Position numbers and translations under genes: made by a program. Positions 19,401 through 27,459 of a DNA stretch of 64,000 nucleotides are shown here, piece by piece. The stretch spans positions 16 through 64,015 of the forward strand of contig JAFZXZ010000022.1 in NCBI GenBank assembly GCA_017616555.1, given 5' to 3'. Within the stretch, counting starts at the first letter, position 1, and the number at the start of each line of letters is the position of its first letter. This DNA comes from a bacterium. Lineage in GTDB: Bacteria; Auribacterota; UBA3054. The notes under the pieces were generated by a model. It was given only the letters and a program-made list of their open reading frames with translations. It had not been told where the DNA came from and ran no database searches.

Positions 19401-21026
19401 GGTGGCAAATGGCTCAAGCTTCACGTCGGTCACGGCGTTGTTAAGGTAGATCGTGTCCGTCCCGGCATTCTTGGAGATCTTTACCCTTGAGCCAAGGCCT
19501 ATGGCGAAATAATTGTCGTCGTTGTTTTGCCGGCTTATGAGGCAGGAGAACCAGAAAGAGGATTTCTCGCCTTTAAGGAAAGGATGGCGCCGCTCGTAGT
19601 CTCCGCCCGCGCGGAAAATGGCGTTGCTGGTCCAGGCGTCCATCAGGACGGCGTTGCCGCTAGAGTGCAGCCCTGGATAGCTAAGTCCGCCGCATATCTG
19701 GTAAACCTTGTTGGAGCAGGTCCACCAGGGCTCGAACCAGCCGGTGCCGCCTTCCTGCCACATAAGGGAATCATCCAGCTTGTAGTTGAAACTTTCTTCA
19801 GCCAGTATCCTGGAACTTTTCGGCTTGGCGTGATAATTGGCGGCGTATTTCCTGATCTTCTTCCAAGTGCGGGCCACGTTCCTTTTTCCGTCCACGCCCA
19901 AAGGCACGCCTTCGATGAAAGCGTTGGTGTCGGAGAAATTGTCCGTCCTGTGTCCGGCGTAGGCCATGATGCTGCCGAATGAGTCGTCGCCGTGCAGAGT
20001 GTAGAAGCTGCCGACAGAATGTCCGAAGAGTCCGCCGTTGGAAGGGCCGGCGCTGTAAGATTGTTCGATGGCGTGCTGGCCGCCCATGTTGTGGCCGATC
20101 TCATGGATCCAGCTGTGCCAAGACATGTAGTCCACGTTGATCATGTGCGCAGGATCGCGGTCGTAGATGCCGGAGGCCGTACTGGCCACATAGGCTAATC
20201 CGCCGTAGTTGCTGTTTTCCGGGACGATTGACCTTATGTCGGCGCCGTAATGGCACTGCAGATATTTCACCTTGTCGAAAGGCGGCCGGTCGTTGCCGAA
20301 AGCGCCAAGGTCGGTGCCGCCGTTGCCAGTGCTGACGTAGTCCACCGCTTCGCTATGCGCCAATACGAGCCTCGTCGGGACGCCGCTGTTTTCAAGGCTG
20401 AGGTTGCCAAGCGCAAGACCCTGCGCGATCAGGTTGTTGATGCCGCCACGCTCCGCGTATTTCTTGCTGGCGTTCTGGGTGTAGATGACCAGGAAGGTCT
20501 GGGTGGTCATGACGGAGTCGTCCCAGATCCTGGGATCGTCCTTCTGATCGACCGCGGAAGCGTGGATCTCGGCGTCGCCCTCGTTGACGCCGCACTTCAG
20601 GGGATACTTCTCCTCGAAAGCGTTGACGTCCATGCAGTCAATGTTCAGGGGATGCCGGCCGAATTTTTTCAAAATATCGTAGCTTTCCGGTTTCATGGAA
20701 TCGTAAACTCTGCCCATCATGGCGTCGTCGTCCCAGGTCATGCGGAAGTGACCCAGCCTGTCGTCCAGGAAGCCGGCCCTGACTTCCACGAAGTTGACGT
20801 CCATATAAGCGTATGAGACAGTGCCGGTCAACGCCTTGTTGGAGGCGGTCTTTATGACTAGCTTGTCCCCCATCTTAAGCGCCTTCACTTCGTCAACGAA
20901 AGTCTGGCTCTGATTGTTTGAGATGTCGCCGTTTATCTCGGGACCTTGCTTAGAAATGTCGATCGTATGTTCGGCGCCAAAAAGCGACATGACCGCAAAC
21001 GTCAAAAGCAAACAGTATTTTTTCAT
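16482..21026 (-). CDS. giant PEP-CTERM metzincin/PKD protein (paralog 3, 1514 aa, most divergent)
   Basis: HEIGHNMGGQH at 20073-20105, with Met-turn SIMAY. PKD-like VRWRAEGGEDWTEW...VRDNYGAVT. C-terminal LTPEPLFASLLIFALGLIYLRHE. Confidence 0.85.
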   Translation of the reverse strand: MKKYCLLLTFAVMSLFGAEHTIDISKQGPEINGDISNNQSQTFVDEVKALKMGDKLVIKTASNKALTGTVSYAYMDVNFVEVRAGFLDDRLGHFRMTWDDDAMMGRVYDSMKPESYDILKKFGRHPLNIDCMDVNAFEEKYPLKCGVNEGDAEIHASAVDQKDDPRIWDDSVMTTQTFLVIYTQNASKKYAERGGINNLIAQGLALGNLSLENSGVPTRLVLAHSEAVDYVSTGNGGTDLGAFGNDRPPFDKVKYLQCHYGADIRSIVPENSNYGGLAYVASTASGIYDRDPAHMINVDYMSWHSWIHEIGHNMGGQHAIEQSYSAGPSNGGLFGHSVGSFYTLHGDDSFGSIMAYAGHRTDNFSDTNAFIEGVPLGVDGKRNVARTWKKIRKYAANYHAKPKSSRILAEESFNYKLDDSLMWQEGGTGWFEPWWTCSNKVYQICGGLSYPGLHSSGNAVLMDAWTSNAIFRAGGDYERRHPFLKGEKSSFWFSCLISRQNNDDNYFAIGLGSRVKISKNAGTDTIYLNNAVTDVKLEPFATNLFLVKFDYAQNRVYFWLDPSLDTEPRLDSADAYVSNYATYDVANRVVIEGRKGAKFIVDEIRLGKSWEDVLIAQHPQDPMLDERDNSLLFSFAAAAGEYGVYRSGTKNFDDFELLANVSTEGGRVEFDDDSAEADKVYYYMAAPRGATEPRLFTMPVSGLLGKLSQTAEPGGPYVVGQSETNYFDASASIGWMPAFRWQLRGVQSQMKTNNAVYAYTDTYTPGTYEVTLIMRDAMRPYDGMVTNYTTLTVTNAYPKLDVSLINGSLMAGRNLTFQAFPSDPGTNDTFEVRWRAEGGEDWTEWTSDLFFVHKYQTSGGKELKCQVRDNYGAVTEKSLDITLGEAKAIPSFPTLITVPIGSDRTALELKNLGTLPYDYSVSGVDDQPLTVSPATGRVDETGRALLIKVSSEALGKAGEYCFTLTADGKDETVKVKTFTSGNYPVLAQSGNFTLNEGDVLHLNNFGSTPGYAYKWLVDGIETASGNTADVIAKSGSGEHALKLEAYDSENKLVGSSDTNVFIMPLVSRVYLEEVSHGEKSITLRPFLAPYKEGTLIRFNWGEDAGWTTWQSLANDSEFTHEFNNKDDHYIQCEISQKGGVNGSGLIFRPEFSFASKPKIIGSEGKLIVLSVGESIELQGDGSVRNFWREDPMNPQLGLLSDNLASETSCGPFEKAGTYYFVYYSGNDDAISAPRVLTVEVDLPETESVSWDLNGTVITNTMFGSGSLAGCSIAVSTGSEIYWITNNAYGAFSFPAFEGGSGLTLNITHPDHAPCFTNLIENSGCTFDLKKSEASGYLYFNCAGERSNLPLEGVVIIIAGQKGTTNAKGRSVAFALPCGEYLAELNYPGMDRVITNVTVSSKPATYNIAMEGRQFTLSGMAYGTGLEIVTNAQIQVLSKETMNIAKRWNLDGVPFYDIGLGEAATTLRVRPVEYDNLNFDIQLDNNGHRDVVLTPEPLFASLLIFALGLIYLRHE

Positions 21027-21077
21027 ATCAGGCTTCCCCGCTATTTACAAATAAAACACACATATTTATATTTTAGC

Positions 21078-21112
21078 AAAAAAACGCCCCGTTCGAACAT
21101 ACGAACGGGGCG
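21078..21112 (-). terminator. rho-independent terminator ending the kds/lpt array
   Basis: Perfect 11-bp stem cgccccgttcg/cgaacggggcg with a 6-nt loop. A T7 run follows on the minus strand, 30 nt after the lptB stop. Confidence 0.8.
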
Positions 21113-21142
21113 TGTGGAAATTTTTTAAAAATTTCAAAAAAA

Positions 21143-21892
21143 TCAGATCTTGAAGTCCTCGCCGAGGTAGATCCTGCGGGCTTCCGGATCGTTGATGAGC
21201 TTGTCCGCCGAACCCTCGATCAGGATCTCGCCCTGGTTGATGAGATAAGCCCTGTCGGTCACGGAGAGCGTCTCCCTGACGTTGTGGTCAGTGATAAGAA
21301 TGGCGAGGTCTCTGTGCTTCAGCTCCCTGATGATCTGCTGGACGTCCGCCACTGCTATGGGGTCAACACCTGAGAAAGGTTCGTCAAGCAGTATAAGAGA
21401 GGGGCTCGTCACCAAAGCGCGGGCGATTTCAAGACGGCGGCGTTCGCCGCCGGAGAGCGTGTAGGCCTTGCTCTTGGCAAGCTTGGAAATGCCGAGCTCT
21501 TCCAGAAGCTCATAGGATCGCTTCTTCATCTCGTCCCTTTTCATCGGGAGCGTTTCCATAATAGCCATGATGTTCTCGAAGCTCGTCATGCGCCTGAAGA
21601 CGGAAGGCTCCTGGGCCAGGTAAGCTATGCCGTGCTGGGCGCGGTCGCACATCGGGTCGTTGGTGATGTCCCTGCCCTGGAAGACCACTCTGCCCTGGTT
21701 GGGGCGGATGATGCCCACGATCATGTAGAAGGTCGTCGTCTTGCCGGCGCCGTTGGGGCCCAGAAGGCCTACGATCTCGCCTTTGTTGACGTGGATGCTG
21801 ACGCCTTTCACGACGTTGCGCTGATTGTAAGTCTTGACCAGCTTCTCAGTATAGAGGACGGCGCCTTCGGGAGGCGTGAAGTCTCCGCTCAT
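21143..21892 (-). CDS. lptB: LPS export ABC transporter ATP-binding protein LptB
   Basis: Walker A GPNGAGKTT, signature LSGGERRR, Walker B ILLDEP. Sits directly downstream of the lptC/lptA genes. Confidence 0.9.
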   Translation of the reverse strand: MSGDFTPPEGAVLYTEKLVKTYNQRNVVKGVSIHVNKGEIVGLLGPNGAGKTTTFYMIVGIIRPNQGRVVFQGRDITNDPMCDRAQHGIAYLAQEPSVFRRMTSFENIMAIMETLPMKRDEMKKRSYELLEELGISKLAKSKAYTLSGGERRRLEIARALVTSPSLILLDEPFSGVDPIAVADVQQIIRELKHRDLAILITDHNVRETLSVTDRAYLINQGEILIEGSADKLINDPEARRIYLGEDFKI

Positions 21893-22404
21893 TTTTCCTC
21901 CTTGATGTTGGGAAGCCTGAGCTTCCCGTCCTGAATGTTCAATGTTATGCGCGCGCCGTCGTCCAGGCTAAGCTTCTTATGGCGGTTGTCCCAGGTTATG
22001 GCCGAGCCGGAAGCCGTGTTGCCCCTCATGTCGCGCATAATGGGCTCCCCGGTCATCCTGAAAGTATCTTTTCCGGCGTCATAGACAAGCTTGTTGCCGG
22101 TGACCGTTCCCTGTGAGGTGCGGATAAGGACTCTTCCAAGGGCTTCGATCTTGCCGATGTCGTGCGTGGACTGATCCTGATAGACGATGGCTTTGTCAGC
22201 CCTGACGGAAACGTTCGTGATACGGTTGGCGGCCGTGCCGAAAGCGTCCACGGACGTTAGCTTGACGTTGCCGGTGAGGACGAAAGTCCCGTTAGTCTCC
22301 ATGGTGGTACTGTCGGCCGTGATCATCACGCGGCCGCTGCCTTCCTCAGCGAAAAGCGAGCCGCAAAGGAGAAGAACCAATATCAGACTGATTTTCTTTA
22401 GCAT
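21889..22404 (-). CDS. lptA: LptA-like periplasmic OstA-fold protein (copy 2)
   Basis: Signal peptide. Repetitive beta-jellyroll pattern (ADSTTMETNGTFVLTGNVKL...ADKAIVY...GNKLVYDAGKDTFRMTG). 4-nt overlap with lptB. Confidence 0.7.
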   Translation of the reverse strand: MLKKISLILVLLLCGSLFAEEGSGRVMITADSTTMETNGTFVLTGNVKLTSVDAFGTAANRITNVSVRADKAIVYQDQSTHDIGKIEALGRVLIRTSQGTVTGNKLVYDAGKDTFRMTGEPIMRDMRGNTASGSAITWDNRHKKLSLDDGARITLNIQDGKLRLPNIKEEK

Positions 22405-22416
22405 GAGCGTTCCCCG

Positions 22417-22950
22417 TTAGAATAAGAATTTTTCCTTGTCTTCGCTGGAAGGCGTAAGAATGATCTCGGGAGATTCGAAATCGCATTTGGCCTTCAGAAG
22501 ATCGACCGTGAGGCGCCGGCAGCGGATGTAGTTTGATCCGTTGCGGACGATAGGCGGCCCGCCGGTCATGACGACTTTGTTCTGGGCTTTCTCCCAGATG
22601 CCGCGGTCGGCTATGACTTCCGTCTTGGTGTTCGTCTGGTCGTTGAAGACTACGTGCACGTTGCCGACAGCCACGACGCGCGAAAAGCCGTCCACGCCTT
22701 TCAGGCCAAGCTCTTCAACGGCCTGGTCGCCGCCCTTCTTGTCGTCCTCGAAATAGACGGTCGCATTGTCGGTCGTAAGCTTGCGTTCGCCGTCGGTCAC
22801 GACCACATGTCCCCTTAAGTAAGCCGTGTTCTCCTCAAAGGAGTACTTCAGCTCATCGGAATTGATGGTGACGTCGCTCTTTCCCTCTTCCTTTGCGAAA
22901 ACGGAAGCGGCGACGCACAAAATTAAGAATATCGACGCTTTGAGCTTCAT
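22417..22950 (-). CDS. LptA/OstA-like periplasmic protein (copy 1)
   Basis: Signal peptide and OstA_N-like pattern (SDELKYSFEENTAYLRGHVVVTDGERKLTTDNATVYF...ADRGIWEKAQNKVVMTG). Confidence 0.6.
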   Translation of the reverse strand: MKLKASIFLILCVAASVFAKEEGKSDVTINSDELKYSFEENTAYLRGHVVVTDGERKLTTDNATVYFEDDKKGGDQAVEELGLKGVDGFSRVVAVGNVHVVFNDQTNTKTEVIADRGIWEKAQNKVVMTGGPPIVRNGSNYIRCRRLTVDLLKAKCDFESPEIILTPSSEDKEKFLF

Positions 22951-22952
22951 TA

Positions 22953-23459
22953 TTATTTCCCCGCTTTGAAAACATCAATACTGTTTTTCTCTATCTTGGC
23001 TTTGATCTCCACGTCGTGGAAAAGTTTGCATTCTTTCTTTTCCTTGCTGTAAATGACGTAAAGGCCGCGTCCTTTTATCAGTCTGTCGCCGTCCAAAAGC
23101 TGCACAGTCTTGTCAGTCTCTATTTCGCCTGTCTCCCTGTTGACGTCCGCGTATTCCGTCAGGAGCTTGACGACCGAGCCGTCCTTCCTGAAAAGCGTGA
23201 CGATGACGTCGAAGAAACGGATCTTGACGCCTTCCGACTGCTTGGCGCTCGATCCTTCCAGGACCCAGCGGCGGTCGCCAGTCTCGTCAACTTCCATCAG
23301 GGTGACGCCGTCCAGCATCTCCATTTCGTCGAGCATCTCGTCGCGGCTGTTGCCGGACTTGACGTTCTGCGTGGCCGCTACCGCCGATTTGGCGGAAGCT
23401 TTCTCCTCCGCTAGAAGAGGAGCTGCCAGAAGCAAAGCTATGACGAGCAGTTTAAGCAT
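22953..23459 (-). CDS. lptC: LptC-like protein
   Basis: N-terminal anchor. Size and position (between kdsC and lptA) match the canonical kdsD-kdsC-lptC-lptA-lptB order. Weak LptC-like beta pattern. Confidence 0.55.
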   Translation of the reverse strand: MLKLLVIALLLAAPLLAEEKASAKSAVAATQNVKSGNSRDEMLDEMEMLDGVTLMEVDETGDRRWVLEGSSAKQSEGVKIRFFDVIVTLFRKDGSVVKLLTEYADVNRETGEIETDKTVQLLDGDRLIKGRGLYVIYSKEKKECKLFHDVEIKAKIEKNSIDVFKAGK

Positions 23460-24003
23460 AATAATCGGCTATGACTTTTTCCCAAAGAAATTGACCTTTC
23501 AAAATATATTCTATCACTTCTCTGACAGCGCCTCTCCCTCCCTCTTTCAGGGTAACGAGATCGGCGGCAGCCTTCGCTTCGTGGGAAGCGTCTCCGACCG
23601 CAACGGCAAGCCCGGCCTCCCTCATCATGGGAATGTCTATGATGTCGTCGCCTATGACGCAGATCTCTTCTTTGGGAACGCCGCAGTCGCTTGAAAAGCG
23701 TTTCAAGACTTCCGCTTTGTCGCCGCATTTCTGATATACGTATCTGAGACCGAAATCCTGGGCGCGTTCGCTGACGGCGACGGATTCCCTGCCCGTTATG
23801 ATGGCGAAGGCGAAGCCCGCTTTCAGCCAGAGCCTGACGCCTAATCCGTCTTTGCAGTCGAAACGCTTCAGCTCCATTCCGGAAGTTCCGTAGATGATGC
23901 CGCCGTCCGTCATGACGCCGTCGATGTCGACCGCGATGGCTTTTATGGAGCGCAGCGTTTTGAGCTGTTCCTCGGTGGGATTTTTGTCTTGCCAGTGAGG
24001 CAT
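23452..24003 (-). CDS. kdsC: 3-deoxy-D-manno-octulosonate 8-phosphate phosphatase
   Basis: HAD motif I (AVDIDGVMTDG), a GDD motif (VIGDDIIDIPM) and a size of 183 aa. Consistent synteny. Confidence 0.85.
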   Translation of the reverse strand: MPHWQDKNPTEEQLKTLRSIKAIAVDIDGVMTDGGIIYGTSGMELKRFDCKDGLGVRLWLKAGFAFAIITGRESVAVSERAQDFGLRYVYQKCGDKAEVLKRFSSDCGVPKEEICVIGDDIIDIPMMREAGLAVAVGDASHEAKAAADLVTLKEGGRGAVREVIEYILKGQFLWEKVIADYYA

Positions 24004-24005
24004 TT

Positions 24006-24962
24006 TTACATTCCTATAAGTTCGTCGTCGTCAAGCAGGCCTAAAAGTTTTCCCTTTTCGTCGACCACGGGCAGCTGGGAGAATTTCTTTTTTGTCCCGC
24101 CCATTATTTCCGCGGCTTCCGAAGCGAGGTAGCCGGGAGTAATGGTGTGGGGTTCCTTTATCATGACAGCGGAAACAGGCTGCATGATAGCCTCTGGGTC
24201 TTTGAGCATAGTGCGGCGGAAATCGCCGTCCGTAAAGAAGCCGCAAAGCTTTCCTTCCTCATCCACTACGCAGGCCGCGCCGTTCTTGGTCTTCGTCATC
24301 AGAACGACAACGTCCCTGACGATGGTGTCGGGGCTGACCTTGCACAGATGCTCGCCGGTCCTCATCAGCTGCTCGACCTTCATCATCTTGCGGCCCAAGG
24401 CGCCGCCCGGGTGCAGCAGCGCGAAATCTTTTTCCGTAAAGTTTCTCTTCTCGACCAAGGCCATGGCGAGCGCGTCGCCCAAAGCCAGCTGCACCGTTGA
24501 CGAGCAGGTCGGCACCATGCCGAAGGAGCAGGCTTCCTTGGGAACGTAAGAGGAAATGAAAACGTCAGCCGCTTTCGCGAGCGTGGAATCTTTTCGTCCG
24601 GTCATGGCGATCAATTTGGCTCCGCGCTGCCTCAGGCAGGGCAGGATCGCCGTCACTTCGGAAGTTTCCCCGCTGTTGCTGAGAGCCAGCACCACGTCGT
24701 CGTTTTTCACCATGCCGAGGTCGCCGTGAAAGGCTTCGCCCGGATGTATGGCGAAAGCGGGAGTTCCCGTGGAGGCCAGGGTAGCAGCGATCTTTCTCGC
24801 GATGTGGAAGCATTTGCCCATGCCGAGGACGATGACGCGCCCCTGGCATGCGTACATCAGCTCAACGGCTTTGGAAAAGGATTCGTCAAGCCTCTCCGAG
24901 ACGTCGTCTATGGCGCGGGCTTCCAGTTTCAGAACATTTCTGGCTACGGAAAGATGATCCAT
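24006..24962 (-). CDS. kdsD: arabinose-5-phosphate isomerase (SIS plus tandem CBS)
   Basis: SIS motif GMGKCFHIARKIAATL...SNSGETSE, and a C-terminal CBS pair. I prefer the start at 24962 (GGAGA 6 nt upstream) over the track's ATG at 24983. Confidence 0.85.
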   Translation of the reverse strand: MDHLSVARNVLKLEARAIDDVSERLDESFSKAVELMYACQGRVIVLGMGKCFHIARKIAATLASTGTPAFAIHPGEAFHGDLGMVKNDDVVLALSNSGETSEVTAILPCLRQRGAKLIAMTGRKDSTLAKAADVFISSYVPKEACSFGMVPTCSSTVQLALGDALAMALVEKRNFTEKDFALLHPGGALGRKMMKVEQLMRTGEHLCKVSPDTIVRDVVVLMTKTKNGAACVVDEEGKLCGFFTDGDFRRTMLKDPEAIMQPVSAVMIKEPHTITPGYLASEAAEIMGGTKKKFSQLPVVDEKGKLLGLLDDDELIGM

Positions 24963-24964
24963 AT

Positions 24965-25843
24965 CTATTCTCCGTTGACGCAAGCGTCAACTTTCATAAG
25001 CATTTCGGTTAGGGCAGAGAATTCGCAGAGCGGCCAGCTGTTGGGGCCGTCGCAGAGCGCCATGTCGGGATCGGGATGGACTTCCATGAAGACGCCGTCC
25101 ACGCCGGCTGCGACCGCGGCTCTGGCCAGCAAAGGCACGAACTTCCTGTCGCCGCCCGAGCAGCTTCCCTGCCCGCTCGGCAGCTGCACGGAGTGCGTCG
25201 CGTCGAAGATGACGGGGACGCCCATCCTGCGCATGATGGAAAGCGAGCGCATGTCGACCACCAGGTTTCCGTAGCCGAAAGTCGCGCCTCTTTCCGTCAG
25301 CATAATTTTCTCATTGCCGGTCGAACTTACTTTCGCAACGGCCTGGGCCATCGTCTCAGGGGCAACGAACTGGCCTTTCTTAATATTTATCACGCGTCCG
25401 CTGCGGCCGGCCTCGACAAGAAGGTCCGTCTGCCTGCAGAGGAAAGCCGGGATCTGGATGACGTCGGCACAAGCGGCCACTTTTTCGACCTGCCAGCTCT
25501 CGTGGACGTCGGTCACTATGGGCAAACCGGTCGCTTTCTTCACTTCTGCAAGTATCTCAAGGCCTTTTTCAAGCCCGGGGCCGCGGAAATTTTTAACGGA
25601 AGTGCGGTTGGCTTTGTCGAAGCTCGACTTGAAGACCAGATTGAAACCTTTGTCTTCCGCGATCTTCTTTAAGGCCTTGGCTTCTTCCAGAACTGCTTCA
25701 AAACTTTCTATGACGCAGGGGCCGGCCATAAAGAAAAGCTTCTCACCGCCGCCCGCAAAAAAGGAAGCGATCGGAACCTTGCGCGTCGCCAATTTTTCCG
25801 GCGCGGCGCTGACACTGATATCGTATTTGTTTTCAGCCATCAA
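24965..25843 (-). CDS. kdsA: 2-dehydro-3-deoxyphosphooctonate aldolase (KDO8P synthase)
   Basis: AGPCVIES...KASFDKANRTS...IQIPAFLCRQTDL...NIKKGQF...DATHSVQLP. Confidence 0.9.
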   Translation of the reverse strand: MMAENKYDISVSAAPEKLATRKVPIASFFAGGGEKLFFMAGPCVIESFEAVLEEAKALKKIAEDKGFNLVFKSSFDKANRTSVKNFRGPGLEKGLEILAEVKKATGLPIVTDVHESWQVEKVAACADVIQIPAFLCRQTDLLVEAGRSGRVINIKKGQFVAPETMAQAVAKVSSTGNEKIMLTERGATFGYGNLVVDMRSLSIMRRMGVPVIFDATHSVQLPSGQGSCSGGDRKFVPLLARAAVAAGVDGVFMEVHPDPDMALCDGPNSWPLCEFSALTEMLMKVDACVNGE

Positions 25844-26580
25844 GATCTCTCCTTTGCTTTCAAGATCTCTTCAGTGGCGGCCAGATCTTCCGGAGTGTCT
25901 ATCCCGGGAGCGGCGCCCTCAACTTTCACGCAAACAATCTTCATGCCGTTCTCGAGCGCCCTGAGCTGCTCAAGTTTCTCGCTCTGCTCCAAAGGAGAAG
26001 CGGGCATTTTGGCAAAATTCAAAAGGGCCTCTCTCTTATAACAGTAGAGCCCTATGTGGGCGAAGTACGAGGTTTTGAAATCGTCCCTGGGGTAAGGGAT
26101 GGGCGCTCTTGAAAAATACAACGCTCTACCAAATTTGTCCAAGACTACCTTGACTTTGTTAGGATTCTGGGCTTCTTCCCTGCTGACGGGATAGACGAGC
26201 GTGGACCAGTCGGCGTCGGAATTTTCCAAAGCGTCTATGGCTTTTTCGACGGCCATTGGGTCGATCAGGGGCTCGTCGCCCTGAATGTTGACGACGATAT
26301 CGGGCTTAACATCAAGTTTTCCCAAAGCCTCGACGATCCTGTCGGTCCCGCAGCAATGGTCGCTTCTGGTCATGATGGGCGTGTGCCCGCAGTTCCTTAC
26401 AGCCTCGGCGATCCTTTCGTCGTCAGTCGCGACGTAAACGCGGGAAAGATTCCTGACTTTGGCGGCCGCCGCGCAGACATGGGCTATCACCGGCAAGCCC
26501 CTTAAGAGTTTGAGGGGTTTGCCGGGGAAGCGCGTAGACGCATAGCGCGCCGGAATTATCCCAACGTTCAGGGACATCAA
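25840..26580 (-). CDS. kdsB: 3-deoxy-manno-octulosonate cytidylyltransferase (CMP-KDO synthetase)
   Basis: IIPARYASTRFPGKPL...VNIQGDEPLI...HIGLYCY. Confidence 0.9.
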   Translation of the reverse strand: MMSLNVGIIPARYASTRFPGKPLKLLRGLPVIAHVCAAAAKVRNLSRVYVATDDERIAEAVRNCGHTPIMTRSDHCCGTDRIVEALGKLDVKPDIVVNIQGDEPLIDPMAVEKAIDALENSDADWSTLVYPVSREEAQNPNKVKVVLDKFGRALYFSRAPIPYPRDDFKTSYFAHIGLYCYKREALLNFAKMPASPLEQSEKLEQLRALENGMKIVCVKVEGAAPGIDTPEDLAATEEILKAKERS

Positions 26581-26583
26581 CTT

Positions 26584-26814
26584 TTACGCCTTCGTTACTT
26601 TGCCGGAGCGGATGCAGCGGGCGCAGACGGTGGCGGTAAGAACGGTGCCGTCTTCGGTTCTGACGCGGACCTTCTGAAGGTTCGGCATGAAACGACGGAC
26701 GGAGATGCCGGTGGTGTGCAGACCGATGCCGCCTTTCTTTTTCGGAATACCGTGACGGATGATCTTTTTGCCGACAGAGGGCTTCTTGCCGCAGATATCG
26801 CATTCTTTAGACAT
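26584..26814 (-). CDS. rpmB: 50S ribosomal protein L28
   Basis: MSKECDICGKKPSVGKKI...RRFMPNLQKVRV. 76 aa, with AAGGAG upstream. Confidence 0.9.
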   Translation of the reverse strand: MSKECDICGKKPSVGKKIIRHGIPKKKGGIGLHTTGISVRRFMPNLQKVRVRTEDGTVLTATVCARCIRSGKVTKA

Positions 26815-26868
26815 ATTTGTCTCCTTATTTTATTTTGTTTATTTTGTTTTGTTATTTGTTTTCAAATT

Positions 26869-27456
26869 TTACCAGCGCTCGACCGCCTGCTCGCAGATAT
26901 GCTGGGCAAGATCGGAGCAAGCCAAAAGGATCGCCTGATGGCGAGTGACGGAGATGTCGTCAGTCGTCAGGAGATCGTATTTGCCCCTCACGTTGTTCCT
27001 GCTCCAGATGGCGACAGGTTCGCCGTCCTGATATTCGTACATAGTGATGTTGGCGAAAACGACCGCACGGAAAGCCGTGGCCACGCCGGCGGCATTGGCA
27101 TCCTGGGTCTTGTCCACGAACTGCGTCGGCCTGAACTTCAGATCGACAAGCTGGACTCTCAGTTCACCGTCAGCCTCTTCCGCGGTAGGCACCACCTCGT
27201 AGGTCTGCTCTTTCGTGAATTCAGAGATGATCTGGTTCGTGACTTCCATGAGAAGGTGCGGCTCGTTGACCTTGTCAGGAACGTAAGAGATGCGCGGGAT
27301 GTGCAGCTTCTTGATATTGTCCTCACGCTGCGGGGAACCGAGCGTATAGCCCAGGATGCTGATCGGCGTGTCGGCGGAATGATCCCTCTCGCAGCCTGTC
27401 GTGAGGGCGAGAATGATCGCGACAGCAATTAATGGTAATGATTTCATTTTGTTCAC
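26869..27456 (-). CDS. lipoprotein, possibly LptE-like
   Basis: Lipobox ALTTG|C. The LGYTLGS...KLHIPRISYVP..EPHLLMEVTNQIISEF pattern resembles LptE. Context is next to the BamD-like and kds/lpt genes. Confidence 0.45.
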   Translation of the reverse strand: MNKMKSLPLIAVAIILALTTGCERDHSADTPISILGYTLGSPQREDNIKKLHIPRISYVPDKVNEPHLLMEVTNQIISEFTKEQTYEVVPTAEEADGELRVQLVDLKFRPTQFVDKTQDANAAGVATAFRAVVFANITMYEYQDGEPVAIWSRNNVRGKYDLLTTDDISVTRHQAILLACSDLAQHICEQAVERW

Positions 27457-27459
27457 CTT

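Noticed and set aside
6199-20816. Many 60-336-aa plus-strand ORFs inside the three metzincin genes (e.g. 9952-10851, 14771-15781, 16338-17123)
   Set aside because: All lie antisense to long intact ORFs that share a conserved architecture. Their compositions are typical of shadow frames.
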